A DNA stretch of 64,000 nt from Lama guanicoe (taxonomy: Eukaryota). Positions 37,142-50,843 of the stretch are shown here, piece after piece. The position numbers and the translations under genes were made by a program. Positions within the stretch are counted from its first letter, which is position 1, and each line of letters starts with the position of its first letter. The notes below the pieces were generated by a model. It was not told the DNA's origin. It did no database searches and saw nothing but the letters and a program-made list of their open reading frames with translations. The DNA is taken from NCBI GenBank assembly GCA_013239625.1, contig MU053574.1:619844-683843 (forward strand). The letters run 5' to 3'.

Positions 37142-39352
37142 AGAATACAGGGTTTTGAGAAACTCATTAAACAGGATGAACTGTGCATTGGGAAGGCCTG
37201 TCCAGAGCAGCATACTTCAGTAGCTGATACGAATGTGAAACAGAAGGTGATCAAGGAAGAAAAGACAAAGTCCCTGTTGGAGTTTGAGGAATCTGATTCT
37301 CAGTTTTTTGAGTTTGAAAGTCCATTTGAAATGTTTTCAGTTTGGCAAGATCAGAAACCAGACAACAACAGTTCATTTCAAGAGGGTGAAAAAAATTCAT
37401 GCTTGACTCATATAGGTGATACCACAAATGACTGGGGTTATGATACAGATTGTGTGTCTGGAGAGGTCATTAAAAAAGTAGCAGAGGGTGTCGAGGAACA
37501 AGCAGAACCACAGAGGAGGAGTATTTCTGTTGAAGAGTTTTGTGAAATTGAGGTAAAAAAAACCAAGAGAAAACGATATGAAAAGCCTATGGCTGAAGAT
37601 CATCTAAGGCCTTCTTCTGTCAGAAGTAAGGACCACTCTGATCTTAACGAGAGAGAGCTAACTGAAGATGATGTAAAAAGTGCAGATGTAAGGACCACAG
37701 CTCCCAGTTCAAGTATTCAGAGACCCACCGCGGCGTCCCTAAAGAAGTCCCCTCCAAAGCTTCGCACTTGCTCCAAACCTGTTCGGAAAGTCTCACTTTC
37801 TAAAACTCCTAAGAAGACACATTCAGATACCAAAAAAGGGCAGAATAAAAGTTCAAGTTACATAAGCTGTCGAACAACTCCCGCTGTTGTGCCACCAAAG
37901 AAATTTCGCCAGTGTCCAGAACCAACTTCAACGGTTGAGAAACTTGGTCTGAAAAAGGCTCCTCGTAGGGCATTTGAGTTGTCTCAGCGATCTTTAGACT
38001 CTATATCTCGGTTACGTGACTATGGCAAAACTGTTGGAGTAGTCGATACCCGGAAAAAGGCTAAATTAATTTCTCCTCAAACTCTGTCTGTCAGAAATAA
38101 TAAGAAATTGCTGACGAGTCAAGACCTTCAGTTGCGAAGGCAGATGAGACCCAAATTGCAACAAAATAGGCAAAGACTCCTTGACTGTGAAAGTACAGTT
38201 ACTCCAAGAGCAGGGCCGCACGCAGCACAGGATTCTGACACATTTGTACCGGAGTCCGATAGGTCAGATTATAGTCATAAAGGGGTATCTGAGGTAGCTG
38301 CTAACAATAATGAAAAACAGTTAAAATGTGTGTCTTCTGAAACAGAACCCACGAAAGCAAAAGACGTTTCTGAGGTAACTGATGATCCTTGTCTCTTGAA
38401 CTGGTGCAGTTCTGTAGTGTGGAATGGAAGAATACCAACGAGTGAAGTCATTGTCTCTACTTCAGAGGACCCTTTAGGTGGAGGTGACCTAACAGTACAT
38501 CATTTAGAGGTGGCATCTTTGAAAGAGGGAGAGCCTGAATCCAGCAGCGATATAGAGGGAGATGATATATTTCTAACACAGCGTGATCCTGAAGATATGG
38601 ATTTATGTTCACAAATGGAGAAAGAGAATGATAACCTCATTGAAGTAGTTCATGGAAAAGACACAGTTCAGGTAGAAGAAGTTTCCACCAGTCGGCCTCA
38701 GTTGGAATCTGTGAGTAGCACAAAATGTAAGTATAAAGATTGTGTTGAAACTCTGAAAAACCAGGGTGAATACTGCTCAAAACACTCAGAAGCTAAAGCA
38801 GCAGATGAAGATGTATTTCGTAAACCTGGCTTGCCTCTCTCTGTGTCTAAACCTTCCAGACCCTCCACTACTAAGATTTTTAGCTCAAGTAGTACTTCGC
38901 GAATTGCTAATCTTTCCAAGTCTTTGGAGAATACCTCAGCACTTCCACCAGCTCTAAAAAAGTCAACTGGGATACAGTCTGTTTTGAAAGTACCACAGCC
39001 GACTTCTCTGGTGTCTCAGAAGCCAATGGGTGAAGTGAAGAGTACATGCAACATCCTTCATCCTCAGACTCCAAATAATTCCAGCAGGCAAGGTTACAAA
39101 GTTCCACTTGGTGAAAGCAAATCTTTTCCGGTCTCCTCTCCAGTAAACATCTTGTCATCACAGTCCGTCTCTGACACCTTCGTTAAAGAGGTCTTAAAAT
39201 GGAAGTACGACATGTTCATGAACTTTGATCAGTATGGGCCCCCGTCAAGTCTTTGTCAGTCCATCGCAAGACACGTGCCTGTCAGATTCCAAGACTGTGG
39301 AGATTATTTTAATGTTTTTTTCCCTTTGATGATATTGAATACTTTTGAAACA
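35222..39352 (+). CDS. SETX: SETX exon 10, 4131 nt (DSGWRSAIC...LNTFET); end of the N-terminal domain plus a long low-complexity central region
   Basis: TTTTAG acceptor, ACA|GTAAGT donor; corresponds to the 1371-aa ORF at 35267-39382. Confidence 0.98.
37112..37138 (+). repeat. (GAT)9 coding microsatellite (poly-Asp) in exon 10
   Basis: Read directly from the sequence. Confidence 0.95.
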
Positions 39353-41399
39353 GTAAGTATGTGCTTTATTGTATACATCTAGACTTTGAAATTGCCTTTC
39401 TTTACCGTGCCAAGTAATACTACAGCTAAAATAACTGACCTTGTTTTGACTTAGATGTAGCTTGTAGATTTCATACTGAACAGACTTTGTGCCAGACTGG
39501 GTTCTAGATGCTGGTGGTACAGAGGAAACGCTTGGTTGACCTCTGCCCTCCTGGAGCTTACAGACACAGTTCAGAGTGCTAATGTGCCAAGTCCAGAGGT
39601 AGCACAGGAGAAAGTGTTTTCTGGGGCAAAGGTAAGGGAAGACATCTCAGAGGAGACAGTCTCCCATCTGCATTTATTTTTTTGAAAAGGAATGTAGACC
39701 TTTACTGAAGCTTACTTGAGGAGGTAGCAGAGAGTGAATTACATTGACACAAAGCAATAAATCCAGATTTCTCTGTTCACATCTGCCTTCCCAGCTTCTT
39801 ACACCTCATAGCAGCTGCTCTCTCCCTGTAGCTGCCTCCCTTACCCCAAACACATCCCATTCTGGGTCTTCTCTCTCCCTCCCTCTGACTAGGATTGCTA
39901 AATAAAATACAGGATTCCTGGTGAAATTTGAACCTCAGAAAAACAGCTAGCCATTCTTATAGTGAAAACACCCAGCTGCACTGTGAAGGATGTTTTTGGT
40001 ATTCTCAAAGCAGGTAGATTTTTACTTCTTCCAAATTCTTTGTAAAAAAAAGACCAAAGTATGTAGTAAGACTCTTAAAAACAAAACCAGGAACACTCAG
40101 GTGAATACTTACGTGTTCATTCACTTAACAGATATTTCTGTGCCTGATACTTGCCAAGTGCTATCACAGGCCTGGGAGGGAAAGTGGTGAACAAGACAGA
40201 CAGGGCCTCTGTCTTCTGGGAGTGATCATTTCAGATGAGGATAAAAGGCTCTAGTGTGATCTAGAATGACCTAGAACAAAAGGGAGAGGGCACTATAGAT
40301 TGAAAGGTCAGACAGTCTCAGGGAGCAGTGGTGTTGACACTGAATATGGAAGGGGGGTGGGTCACGGGAAGTATGTTCCAGGCAGAGGGAGTACAAAGAC
40401 ACTAAGGGGAGATCAGGCTTAGGATGTTGAAGCATTGCACGGAGAGGCAAGTCTGTGTCAATGTATGCCCCAGATTCCAGCCAGTGTCTTTTTTTTTTTT
40501 TTTCAGCCAGTCTTGAGACTTGTTTCACTAGAGTTGGGAAAGCGTTAGAAACAACTAATTGATAGAGAGTCTTCAGTCTCTCTCCATAACAACACAGTGA
40601 AATATTTAGTATTACAAGAATAATTTTCTTACCTTACAAAAATTGTTAGCTCAGTGAACAGTTTATACAGTTAAATAAGCCAGGGAAAATACAGAAATTT
40701 TCTTCATTTTGAAGCTTATTTTTTTTTTCAGCCTTTACTATTTCTGGAAAGCAATAAGCCATTTATTTGAAAGTCATTCATAGTTCTTAAATTTAGGACA
40801 TTTTTTTCTGATCTTATTTTTCCCTGAGTTAAGAGGTATTTATATGTTCCTCTTTAATGTCTCCTTCTTCAGGACATTTTTGTAGCCCTAATCTTTTCAA
40901 AGCAGAATGAACACAAGTTTCATTAATATGTGCACAGAGTTTAAAATAGTCAAATCCTGATGGAAGGCCCATTATAAAAAAAACAGCACACACCATCACC
41001 TCCTCAAGTAGTCATGTTTGATTCTTGATGGATCCTCTTGTTATTTGCTTCCATATTTCTAAATAACATGCCACGATTTTGACTTCTAAATTTTTCAGTT
41101 TTAGGCATTTTCTGTTAGTTTCCCACTACAGAAAGTACCCTCTCTTCCCAGCCCTACCTTCACACACCCGCTTCCCCGTTTCCCCATCCTGACTGTGAAG
41201 CTGTCTTGTAATTTTTAGGTCAGTATTTGTTGTTGTTTGACTATGCAAGAGGCATCCACAGCTAAGTCATGTGGTGTGCTAGAACTACTTTTGCTTTCCT
41301 TACCAACTCTTTGCTTTCTCTGAATTTAATATTTTATTTACTTAATTTTCTATATACTTACTGCTAAACTAGCTTCAGACTCTCTTTTAGATTTTAAAT

Positions 41400-43730
41400 C
41401 TGATCATGTAAATTGCCTTGTGTCAAACTACTGCTTGCTTTTGATTAGTGTTAACATGGTTTATCTTCATTCTGTTACTTAGTTTATAATGTCTTTATGT
41501 ATAAAGTGAGTTTCTCGTAGACAACATGTAGTTAGGTCTTGTTTTTTGATCCACTCTTAGCCAATCTGAATTGGTGTATTTAGACCATTGATATTTAATG
41601 TGATTATTGATACAGGTGGATTAATTTCTACCATATTTGTTACCATTTTCTATTTGTTACCCTTGTTCTTTGTTTCTGTTTTTGTCTTCCATGCTTTTTC
41701 TGCTGTTGTGGTTTTAATTGAGCATTTTATGTAATTCTGTTTTCTATCATTAGCATATCAGTATATATATTTCTTTACTTAGTGATTGCCTTAGAGCTTG
41801 CAGTATATATTTAAAACTAATCTAAGTTTACTTTTAGATAATGCTTTATGGATATTGCAACTACTTAATAATAACAGAATATCCCTAATTCTTCTTGTCT
41901 GTCATGTCACTGCTGTCATTTATTTCCCTTGCATAGTCATAGATGAGCATGTATGTACACACACGGAAGCATCCATAGTTGAGTATATTGTTGCTGTTAT
42001 TTTGAGTAAACTATTATCTGTTAGCTCAAATTACAAATAAGAAACATAAAAAATTTAATTTTACCTTCATTTATTCATTCTCCAATGTTCTTGTTTAAGC
42101 AGATTAGAACTTCTGACCTATGTCATTTTCCTTCTCTCTGAAGATCTTATAATACCTCTTGCAGGATAGGTCCAGTGGTAACAAGTTCTCTCAAATTTTG
42201 TCTGAGAAACTATTTATTCTTCACTTTTAAATGATAATTTTGCAGGATTCAGAATTCTAGATTGGTAGGTTTTTTTCTCTCTTACAGTCTAAATATTTCC
42301 CTCTCCTCTCTTCTTGCTTGCATTGTTTCTGAGGAGAAGTCAGGTGTAATTCTTACCTTTTCTATAGGCAAGGTGTTTTTTTACCACTGGCTTCTTTCGA
42401 GATTTTTTCCTTTATCTTTGATATTTCATGTTCCTGAGGTTTGAATATGACATGGCTAGGTATCATTTTTGACATTTATTCTGCTTGGTCTCTGAGCTTC
42501 CTGGATCTGTGATTTGGTGTCTGACATTAATTTTGGAATGAGTCATGATTGCCTCAAATACTGCTTCTTTCCCTCTCTCTTCCTCTCTTGTGGTGTCCCC
42601 ATTATATGTGTGTTCCACCTTTTCTCATTGTCACATAGCTCCTGGAATATTCTGTTATTTTTTTTCCCCAGTTTTTTGTTTCTTTGGTTTTCAGCTTTCG
42701 TACTTTATGTTGCTATGTATCCTTCCAGCTCAGAGATCCTCTCCTCAACCATCAGAGGTGTCTTTCATTTGTATTACAGTGTTTTTGATTTCTAGCAGTT
42801 CTTCTTGATTCCTCCTTAGAATTGACATCTCTTTGATTACATTATCCGTCTATTATTTCATAGTCTTTTTCCATTAAACTCTTAGCGTATTAATTACAGG
42901 TTTGTTTTTTTTTTAAATTCCGTCAGATAATTCCAGTATTCCTGCCGTATCTGACTGGTTCTGATGATTGTTCAGTCTCTCCAAACTGTAATTTTTGCCT
43001 TTGAGTGTGCCTTGTCAATTTCTGTTGCAAGGTGGACATGATCTACTGAGTAAAAGGAGCAGCAGTAAATGTGTCTTTAGTAATATGGTAGTGGGGTATG
43101 GGGGAAGGGGAAGCATTCCAGTCCTCGGTGTTGGTCTTTGGCAAGGCAAGTGAGCGCTTGCCTCTGGACAATGAACTTGACACACACTTCTTAGTTTCCC
43201 CCACCTCCTGGAGAGGTGACAGGATGGCTCAAACTGCTGGACTTGGTTATCTTCCCTCAAGTCGGTTGGGCTGTGATAAATCCCCAGCAGGTTTGGCTCT
43301 GGTAAAATAGTTGCTTTGTAGACCAAGCCTTGTTAAGGTCAGAATGTGCGGGTGTATTTCAAAGTGGTTTCTTCCCCTCAGTCCCTAACCACCCCCTTGC
43401 TGGAAGCACACAGGGAATTTTCTCCAGTATTCACTGTGAGGGCCTGGTAGAGCTCCTAGATGTAAAACTCACGAGAGTGCGGGGTCCCCCTTGGGCCTGG
43501 GTCCCCCTCAAGTTTTTAACATTCAGAGTTGTCCATACTGAGCCTCCTGTAGTTTGTCAGTTACAGTTCAGTTTTTCCTGTCCTGGCATGGAGGTTTCTA
43601 CTGAAGAGTTTCTGCTCCTAAGTTATGAGGGTAGGTTGTAATTGTCTGCATCCCCTGTCTGTCTCTGCTTGTGGTTGAGATGGAGCAGCGACTTCTGAGT
43701 TCCTTACATGCCAAGCTGGAAACCGGAAGT
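41400..43730 (-). mobile_element. L1MC/MD-like 5' region (5' UTR/ORF1/ORF2 start), antisense in intron 10
   Basis: Reverse-complement similarity to 9.9-10.8 kb (e.g. tctgagcttcctggatctgtgatttggtgtctgacattaa). Confidence 0.75.
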
Positions 43731-43868
43731 CCCGCATTTTTAATGTTTCTGTCACCTGGGATTCTAGGTTCTGGATTTTACTGTTGCTTACTTTGGAAAA
43801 TGTTGCTGTTTAGCATTGGTTTTTCAGATGATTTTGCTTTCTTAATTTGCTTTTTTGGCTTTGTGTAG

Positions 43869-43968
43869 GTGGCACAGGAATGGATCAGCTCTCCCAATAA
43901 AGAGAAATTCCATCAGTTGCAATTACGAAAATTTCCTGCTGATTATAAAAAATACTGGGAGTTTGTGG
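43869..43968 (+). CDS. SETX: SETX exon 11 (VAQEWISSPNKEKF...KYWEFV)
   Basis: GTGTAG acceptor, G|GTAAGC donor, 100 nt. Confidence 0.95.
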
Positions 43969-45594
43969 GTAAGCCCTTTCTTACGTAACTTGGAATATAT
44001 CATATAATAATTGGAGATTTCTATCTGAGGAAACATAATGATTGTTGGAATTTTCTGGGACATAGGTTTCCTAATTTGTAACCTCTTATAAAGAATATGT
44101 TTAAAGTCTTAATTAATGAGGGTACTTAACAGGATGGTTATGAGTATAAAATTCATGGTTTTAATCATAATGCGATTAGAACACTGCAGCCCGAAGTGTC
44201 CGTGGAAGCTGGGCCTGGGAGAGAGAGGGCCTGGGAGGGGACGTGACTGGCGGGGGCGGGTGGGCAGGGGTGTCACCAAGATAGTGTTCATAGATTTTGA
44301 GTAAATCTTCCTGCCATCTGTCTTCTCATTGCATGATTGGTCTGAAACACATACCACATTTATGTATTAGTTATAAATAAGCCAAATATTCAGAACCCTT
44401 TGAAATAAAAAGTGTAAGTTCTCTTTTTGCCCTCCCCCCAATCTGTCCTACTCCATAGAGTCAGTCAAGAAAAAAAGCATGTGTCTATTTTGGGGGGAAA
44501 AGTATTATAATGCTCAGTGGAGAACATTCAGGTAATATCAGCAATAGTAAAATAAACATGACCCACAACTCCCATCATTCAGAGATGATCCTGTGAGCAC
44601 AGTCATGGCTGTCTCCCTGTTAGACTTCCTACTTATCTATGGAAATTGTGTGAGGGGGGAGGGTAGGGTCATTTTAACTATTCTTGTGACTTTTTCATTC
44701 ATTTATTCAGCAAATATTTATTAACTTTATACTACCTGATAGTGATTCTAGAGCTAGGTTTGTAGCTGTGATGAAAACAAAATTCTGCCTTCATGAAGCT
44801 TACATCTAACTTACTTTCATTTACTCTATTGTCAGTGTCATTTCAGAGATAATTAAAAGATAACAGTACATTTAGTAATTGTAGTTATTCCCTTGTAAGC
44901 ATATTCCATAGTTCTATTTAACCAGTAACTTCTAGTAGACACGTACATTGTAGTTTTTCACTGTTAACAATCACTGTATAAATCCGTTTGCTACGTCAAA
45001 CAGTACGTGCTTTGTAAGACTTCTGATTCATATTGCCTCTGCCTACTAAAAAGAATACATTTTCACATCTAGCATAAGGATGCTCTTCTTTGTTACTTTA
45101 AACTTTTTCCTCAGTTTTGTGTGAAAAATGTGTCTCATTTGACGTTTCCAGTTTTTGTCCCCAAACCTTCCCTGTCTCTTGTGTTCTGGGCTGGGGAGTG
45201 GCTGACTGCTCCTCTGTGCGCTCCCCTTGTCCTTTTGTGTTCTATTCAATTTCACATGCAGTTTTTGAGGCACAGACAATTTTTATCTTCATGTTCAAAA
45301 ATACCATATTTATTTCTTTACCGTTTAGATTTTGGTTTTAGATATTAGATAAATACTTTCATTTTTTCTTGTAGTAGGCTTTTATTTCTCTTTAGTATTT
45401 AAATGACTGATTTACCTGCCATTTATCTTGATCATATGATGGAATCACATGGTGTTCTCAGGTCTGCCGTCTTTCATCTCACATGTTTGTGTAATTCATC
45501 CGTTTTGTGTGCACCTTTGGTATTGTTTTCATTGTTGTGAAAATATTACCATTTTACTGTTGCTGAACATTTTTTCCAGCAGTTTTGGTCCGTG

Positions 45595-46076
45595 TGTCAG
45601 GAGCCGCCCCAAGCTCAGTGGTCCACTAGGAGGACTCACAAGAATTAACATATTCATGCTCATGGCTATGACAGACAGCAGCAAAGAGTACAGGCAAAAT
45701 TCACACAGGGAGAAAGCGCATGGGGTGGCCTGAAGCAAACCAGCAGAAACTTCCAAGAGCGCTTTCTCAGAGGAGTCACGCAGGACACACTCCATTTTCC
45801 CAGTAGTGAGTGGTGACACCACATTTGGAATGTTACCTGCCAGGGAAGCTTAGAGACTCAGTGCCTAGGACACCCTCTGCCTAGCCTAAATCCGTGACTT
45901 TCAGAAGTAAAGTGGGTGTTTGACGCAAACCATACTCTGAAGACAGCTTAGGTACAGCAAATGGTGAGACCCGCCCTGAAATCCAGGTTCCCAGACGCCC
46001 AGGGCCAGCCTTGCAAGCAGGCCTTCCTTAGAATACCTTCAGGCCTGCTGTGTTAAGTAACTCTGAGACACAGCAT
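45595..46076. mobile_element. MER21-like ERVL LTR
   Basis: tgtcagg...ctaggaggactcacaag...gttaagtaactctgagacacagca; TG...CA ends. Confidence 0.6.
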
Positions 46077-46698
46077 TGTATGAAGAATGTTACTATGATC
46101 ATTCATGTGTCTCTTAGTGTTTTTGTGAGGGCGTTTTTGTTGCGAATGTCCTACAGTGGCTTTCAGAGTCACAGGGTATGCGTAAGTTCAGCTTGAGTAG
46201 GTAATGCCAAGCCAGTTATGTGCAGTTATGCACCCCTACCGGTGTGTGAAGTCGCGTTGTCCCTGCCTTCGCCACATGTTTGTCTTGACCGTGATGTTAA
46301 TTTTAACCATTCTGGCGTGTGTGTGTATTGATGGCCTTCTGTGACTTTATTTTGTAATAGCCTTGTTACCAGTGAGGATGGGCACCGTTTCGTGTATTTA
46401 GTAGATGCTTCAGTGAACTCTTTGGGGAAGCCGCTGTTGTTCATTTTCTGTTAGTTGTCTTTTTCTTGCTGATTTGTAGGGAGTTCTTTAAATATTCTGG
46501 GTGTAAACCATTCTCCTACTTTGGTTTGCATTCTGACTCTCTTAGTGATGTCTTAAAAATTCTTATTTTATTCTTGCTTTGAATTTCTTATTTTTAACAT
46601 AACAAATGCACCCTTTTTTTATGGTTAGTGCTCTGTGTCTCATTTAAGAAACTTCTCTGCTGTAGATCGTAAATATATTATCAACATGTAAAACAGGT

Positions 46699-46872
46699 GT
46701 CAGCAAACTACAGCTTGCAGATCTGCCCCATATTCTGTTTTTATACTGCCCTAGAGTAAGGTTTTTACATTTTTTAAAAGGCTTTGGAAAAAAAGATGAT
46801 GAATATGCAGCAGACACCATATGTGGCCTGCAGAGAAAAATCTGGCTCTTAACAGGAAGTTTGCCAAGCCCT
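46699..46872. mobile_element. MER58/MER30-like hAT element
   Basis: ggtgtcagcaaactacag ... agtttgccaagccc termini. Confidence 0.6.
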
Positions 46873-48762
46873 TTTCTAGAGTTCAGTGCTCCGTCAACCT
46901 GGAATTGATTTTGTGCCCGAGTGAGACGTGGGGGTCATGTTTCGCTTTTTTCCTGATGGGGATGTAGTTATCCCAGTGCTGCGTACTGAAAAGAGTATCC
47001 TTTTTCCGTGCTCTGCACTGGCATGTTTATTGTAAATCTAGTGGCCATTGAATACAGCAGTCTTTTTCTGGGCTCCTTTTTCCTTCACTGGGTTTTTTGC
47101 CTACTTTTATGCCCATATCACGTGGTTTACTTACTTATTCTGGCTTTATAATGAATTTTAATTAACGGGTCATCTTAACTTTGTTTTGCCTCAAAGAGCA
47201 GCTTAGCCGTTCTTGTTCCTTTGCATTCCCGCATAAGTTTTAAAGAAAAACAATATGGAACTTTGTTAAGAGTTGACATCTCTCTAATACTGAGTTTCTG
47301 ATTCATGAATAAGATGTATTTCTTCAGTTATTTAGGCTTACTTTCAGTGGTGGTTTATAGTTTATGGAGAGGTTTTACAGATCATCACTGGTTAGATTTT
47401 TTAAAATGTCGTTTGTAATTACGTGGCTATCTCTAAAAGATATGGATGTAAAAATTCATAATAAAATATTGCTAAAGTATTAACCATGATTCCTTAATAT
47501 TAGATAGCTAGTCAGTGTTCAGATTTCAGTTTCCTCGTAAATAAAGTGTTTATTTCTTATTCAGTTAAGATCCAAATTAGGTCCACTCATTGGCATTGGT
47601 TGATAATGTCTTTTTCAAGTGTAATAATTTCATTCATGTTTTTCCCCCTTTGTAATGAATTTATTGTATTTGAAGAAATTGAGTTGTTGATCCTATGGAG
47701 TTACAGTCTATGTCTTGCCGATTGCATCCCCCCTGATGGTGTTTAGTATGTTTTTCTGTCCTCTATTTCTTGTAGATTGTTAGTTGGATCTAGAGGCTTA
47801 ATCAGATTCATTTGATTTAATATTTTTGGCAGAACTATTTCATAGGTGGGGTGGGATGTTCCTTTATCAGGAGGTACTTGATCTCTGATTTCTCTTTTTT
47901 GTAATATTTATAGCTACTGATGCTTAATTCCTAGATAAGTTAATTAATTAAAGGATACAAAATAGTGGTATTTTTATTTGATCATTTTTTCACTTACTAG
48001 CTATTCTCTATACAGAGAAAGTTCTCTATTTTATTTGATTACTTAGTGGTATACTTTTATAAAGAAAGTTAGAATAAGATCATGACTCTTGACCAGTTTT
48101 CAAAATAATGAGTTAATTTACTGCAAGCACTGGTGTTGACCAGTGACCCTTTTAAAAAATTTTTCGTTATGAACACATGGACTTAAATATGCTTCCATTT
48201 CAGTCCTTTGTAATTGGCTTCTTCAGGTTGGCTCCTGAACCCTTTAGACAGGACCCTTCTAGTCTTTGAGAACTTTCTTGCCATCTCATGTAACCGATAT
48301 CATTCGTATTTTTTATCCCATATCTGAACTTGAAATTTTCTAAGTAGCCTTAGTATCTTTTGGTAGAAAGTGTTATTTTAGGATCAATATGGGCATGTTA
48401 TATGCTATTAACAAGTAATACATGTAAATGTAAGGATACAGAAAGGTTAAAAAAAAAACTTGGAGAAAGATACTCATTCAAACCCAACTAAAAGAAAACT
48501 TGTTTTGCTCTGTTAATATTAGACTAAATAGACTTTAAGGCAGAAAAGTATTATTTGAGATAAAAAGGGAGTATTTCACAATGTTAAGTTCAATTAACAG
48601 AAGATATGACAAATTTAAGTGCATGTATGTGTACCTGATAAAATATAGAGAGAAAAAACTAATAGAACTAGAGTATGCTTTTTACATGTGTATGAGATTT
48701 TTGAACCGGTAAATCAACAGAGGTGACTATAAAAAGCAAACCACAAAATGAAATACGTCCAC

Positions 48763-48830
48763 AGTACCTCCGTTATAAATAAATAAATAAACTTAATTAC
48801 CTCCCCCCACCAAAAACAAAAAACAAGAAA
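48763..48830 (+). mobile_element. 3' tail fragment of a Vic-1-like SINE
   Basis: cagtacctcc...aaataaataaacttaattacctcccccc + A tail; reverse complement of the tails at 18930 and 57465. Confidence 0.7.
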
Positions 48831-49179
48831 TGCAGTAACAACAAATGAGCCTAATTATATACTAACTATTAACTTCCTTTAGATTTGGCTGAATACTCTA
48901 AAATTTTCTTTCCATTTTTAAACTTTTCAGTTTTTCTTCTCTTTCAGTTTGGAAATTATACGCCAATTTATAGCTCTTTTGCTATTAAGTATTTAGTTAA
49001 AACTTACAATGTTCATGCTTGATCAAAAGTGCATAGTTTTAATAGATATTTTAATTGTCTCTGTAGATAAGGAAAAAATCTTTAAAAAAAAAAAACTTTA
49101 ACTCTGTTAATCCCCATCCCACTTAGTATATTATTGTTGTTATGTATTTTAATTCTATATTTTAACCTGTGTAAAACAT

Positions 49180-49502
49180 ACGATTGGTCCTCTGTATGTA
49201 CAGGTTCTGCATCCTTGGATTCAACCGTGGATTAAAGATATTTGGGAAAAAATTCCAGAAAGACTTGAATTTGCTGTGCATCAGCATCTATTTACATACC
49301 ACTTCTGTTGGACTTACAAGTCTGCACATAGCATTGTGTTGTGTTAGGTATTATAGGTGATCTAGGGACGTTAAAGTACGCAGGAGGGTGTGCCTGAGTC
49401 ATAGGACATACTGTGCTGTTTTATGTAAGACACTTGAGCATCTCAGGATTTTGATGTCCGACGAAGGACCCAGTTCCCCACAGATACCAAGGGACGGCTA
49501 TA
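49180..49502. mobile_element. MER2 (Tigger) DNA transposon
   Basis: ggttctgcatccttggattcaacc ... cagataccaagggacggcta. Confidence 0.75.
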
Positions 49503-50669
49503 CTCAGTTGTGCCCTGTGCAGCCCTTTTTTTGTTTGTTTGTTGATTCTACCAGTTCATGTATTTCTTCTCTCCTTGTGCTTTGCATAATGTGTTGGTCA
49601 TTGTCTCTGGAAGGTTATGTAAAAATAATCTTGAGGCCTAGCATGATGCTGTCTTCTTCCAGAGAGGCTTTTCCTTTGCTCTGCCAGGATTCTGGGAGCA
49701 GTAGCAATGTGGGATCATCTTAATCCTGTTTAAAGGACTGAGCTTTCCTGAAGTACTCAGGTGAAGTGAAGCTGGTCTGCAGCCCACGCAAAGGCCAGTT
49801 TACTCCTGCTTCTTCCTCGGGTGTCGTCCTTCCGGTCCCAGCCTGAAGCAGGGGGGCTACCAGGTGCCCACTCTCTGCAGGCCCTGGATGCCAACATTTT
49901 TGTTTTTTTTCTGTGTGCAAGGCCATCCCAGGTACGGCTCAGACTCCTGACTGCTACTCCCTGAATAGTTCAGATGTTTCTAGGGAAAACACTGGGCTGA
50001 CCCCTGTGGATTTCCTCACTGTTCTGGTTCTCAAGATAGTGATTTTTCATTGTTGTATTTGTTCTGTGATGCCTTCAAATAAGTATTTCTTACACGATGC
50101 ATTTAAAAAAAATTTTTTTTGACTCTGTGGTTCAGTCTACCTAGTCCCCATACTTCATGCTTTAAATTTAGTTCAGTACGCTGTTGCCGGATTTAGCTGC
50201 TGGTACTAAACTTTTTAATTTTAGTGATTGGCCTGTTTTCCCAGCCCCATTTGTTTTACTACTGTCCTTTTCCCCTTGTTTGAAATATCACCAATAGGCT
50301 AAGAATTCTTATACATACTTGGATCCGTTTCTGGAATTTCTCTTGGGATTTTGAAAGTAGGGAATAAAAATGAATATTTCTTGATTAAAACCTAAGATAA
50401 ACTTCAAGGACAGGAAATTTATTAGCTACTTTTGAATATTATGGTTTCATCTGTTTTGGCTTTGTAGCAGTTTTTAAGAATAATTTTGTAATACCATATA
50501 ATCAGTATTTGAAAGTGTTGACTGGCTTGGACTGCCATTTTGAAGTAATACAAAGTCCACTAGTGCTGTACACTTGCTTGACTTCATACGAGTTTCATAT
50601 CCTTTCAGTAGGTAATCTTAAATAAAACAGTTCTGTTAGAATTAATGCTGGTTTCTTATTGTTTTATAG

Positions 50670-50843
50670 TTTATCTTGAGGAATGTGAACTAGCTAAACA
50701 GCTTCATCCAAAGGAAAATGATTTGGTGTTCTTGGTTCCCGAAAGACTAAATGAAGAGAAGAAGGATCTACAGAGAAACTTTGTGCTGGATCCCCACGAA
50801 TATCACTGTGGTTATGTTCATAAATTTCGCCGCACTTCAGTCA
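50670..50843 (+). CDS. SETX: SETX exon 12 (YLEECELAKQLHPKEND...KFRRTSV)
   Basis: TTATAG acceptor, TCA|GTAAGT donor, 174 nt. Confidence 0.95.

Noticed and set aside
36196..39161. Antisense and alternate-frame ORFs in exon 10, including a poly-Met and a poly-Ser frame
   Set aside because: Shadows of the SETX coding frame and the (GAT)n repeat.
9900..43100. Long inverted similarity between 9.9-10.8 kb and 42.4-43.1 kb
   Set aside because: Independent copies of the same old L1 family; one lies outside the transcript, so no pre-mRNA duplex is expected.
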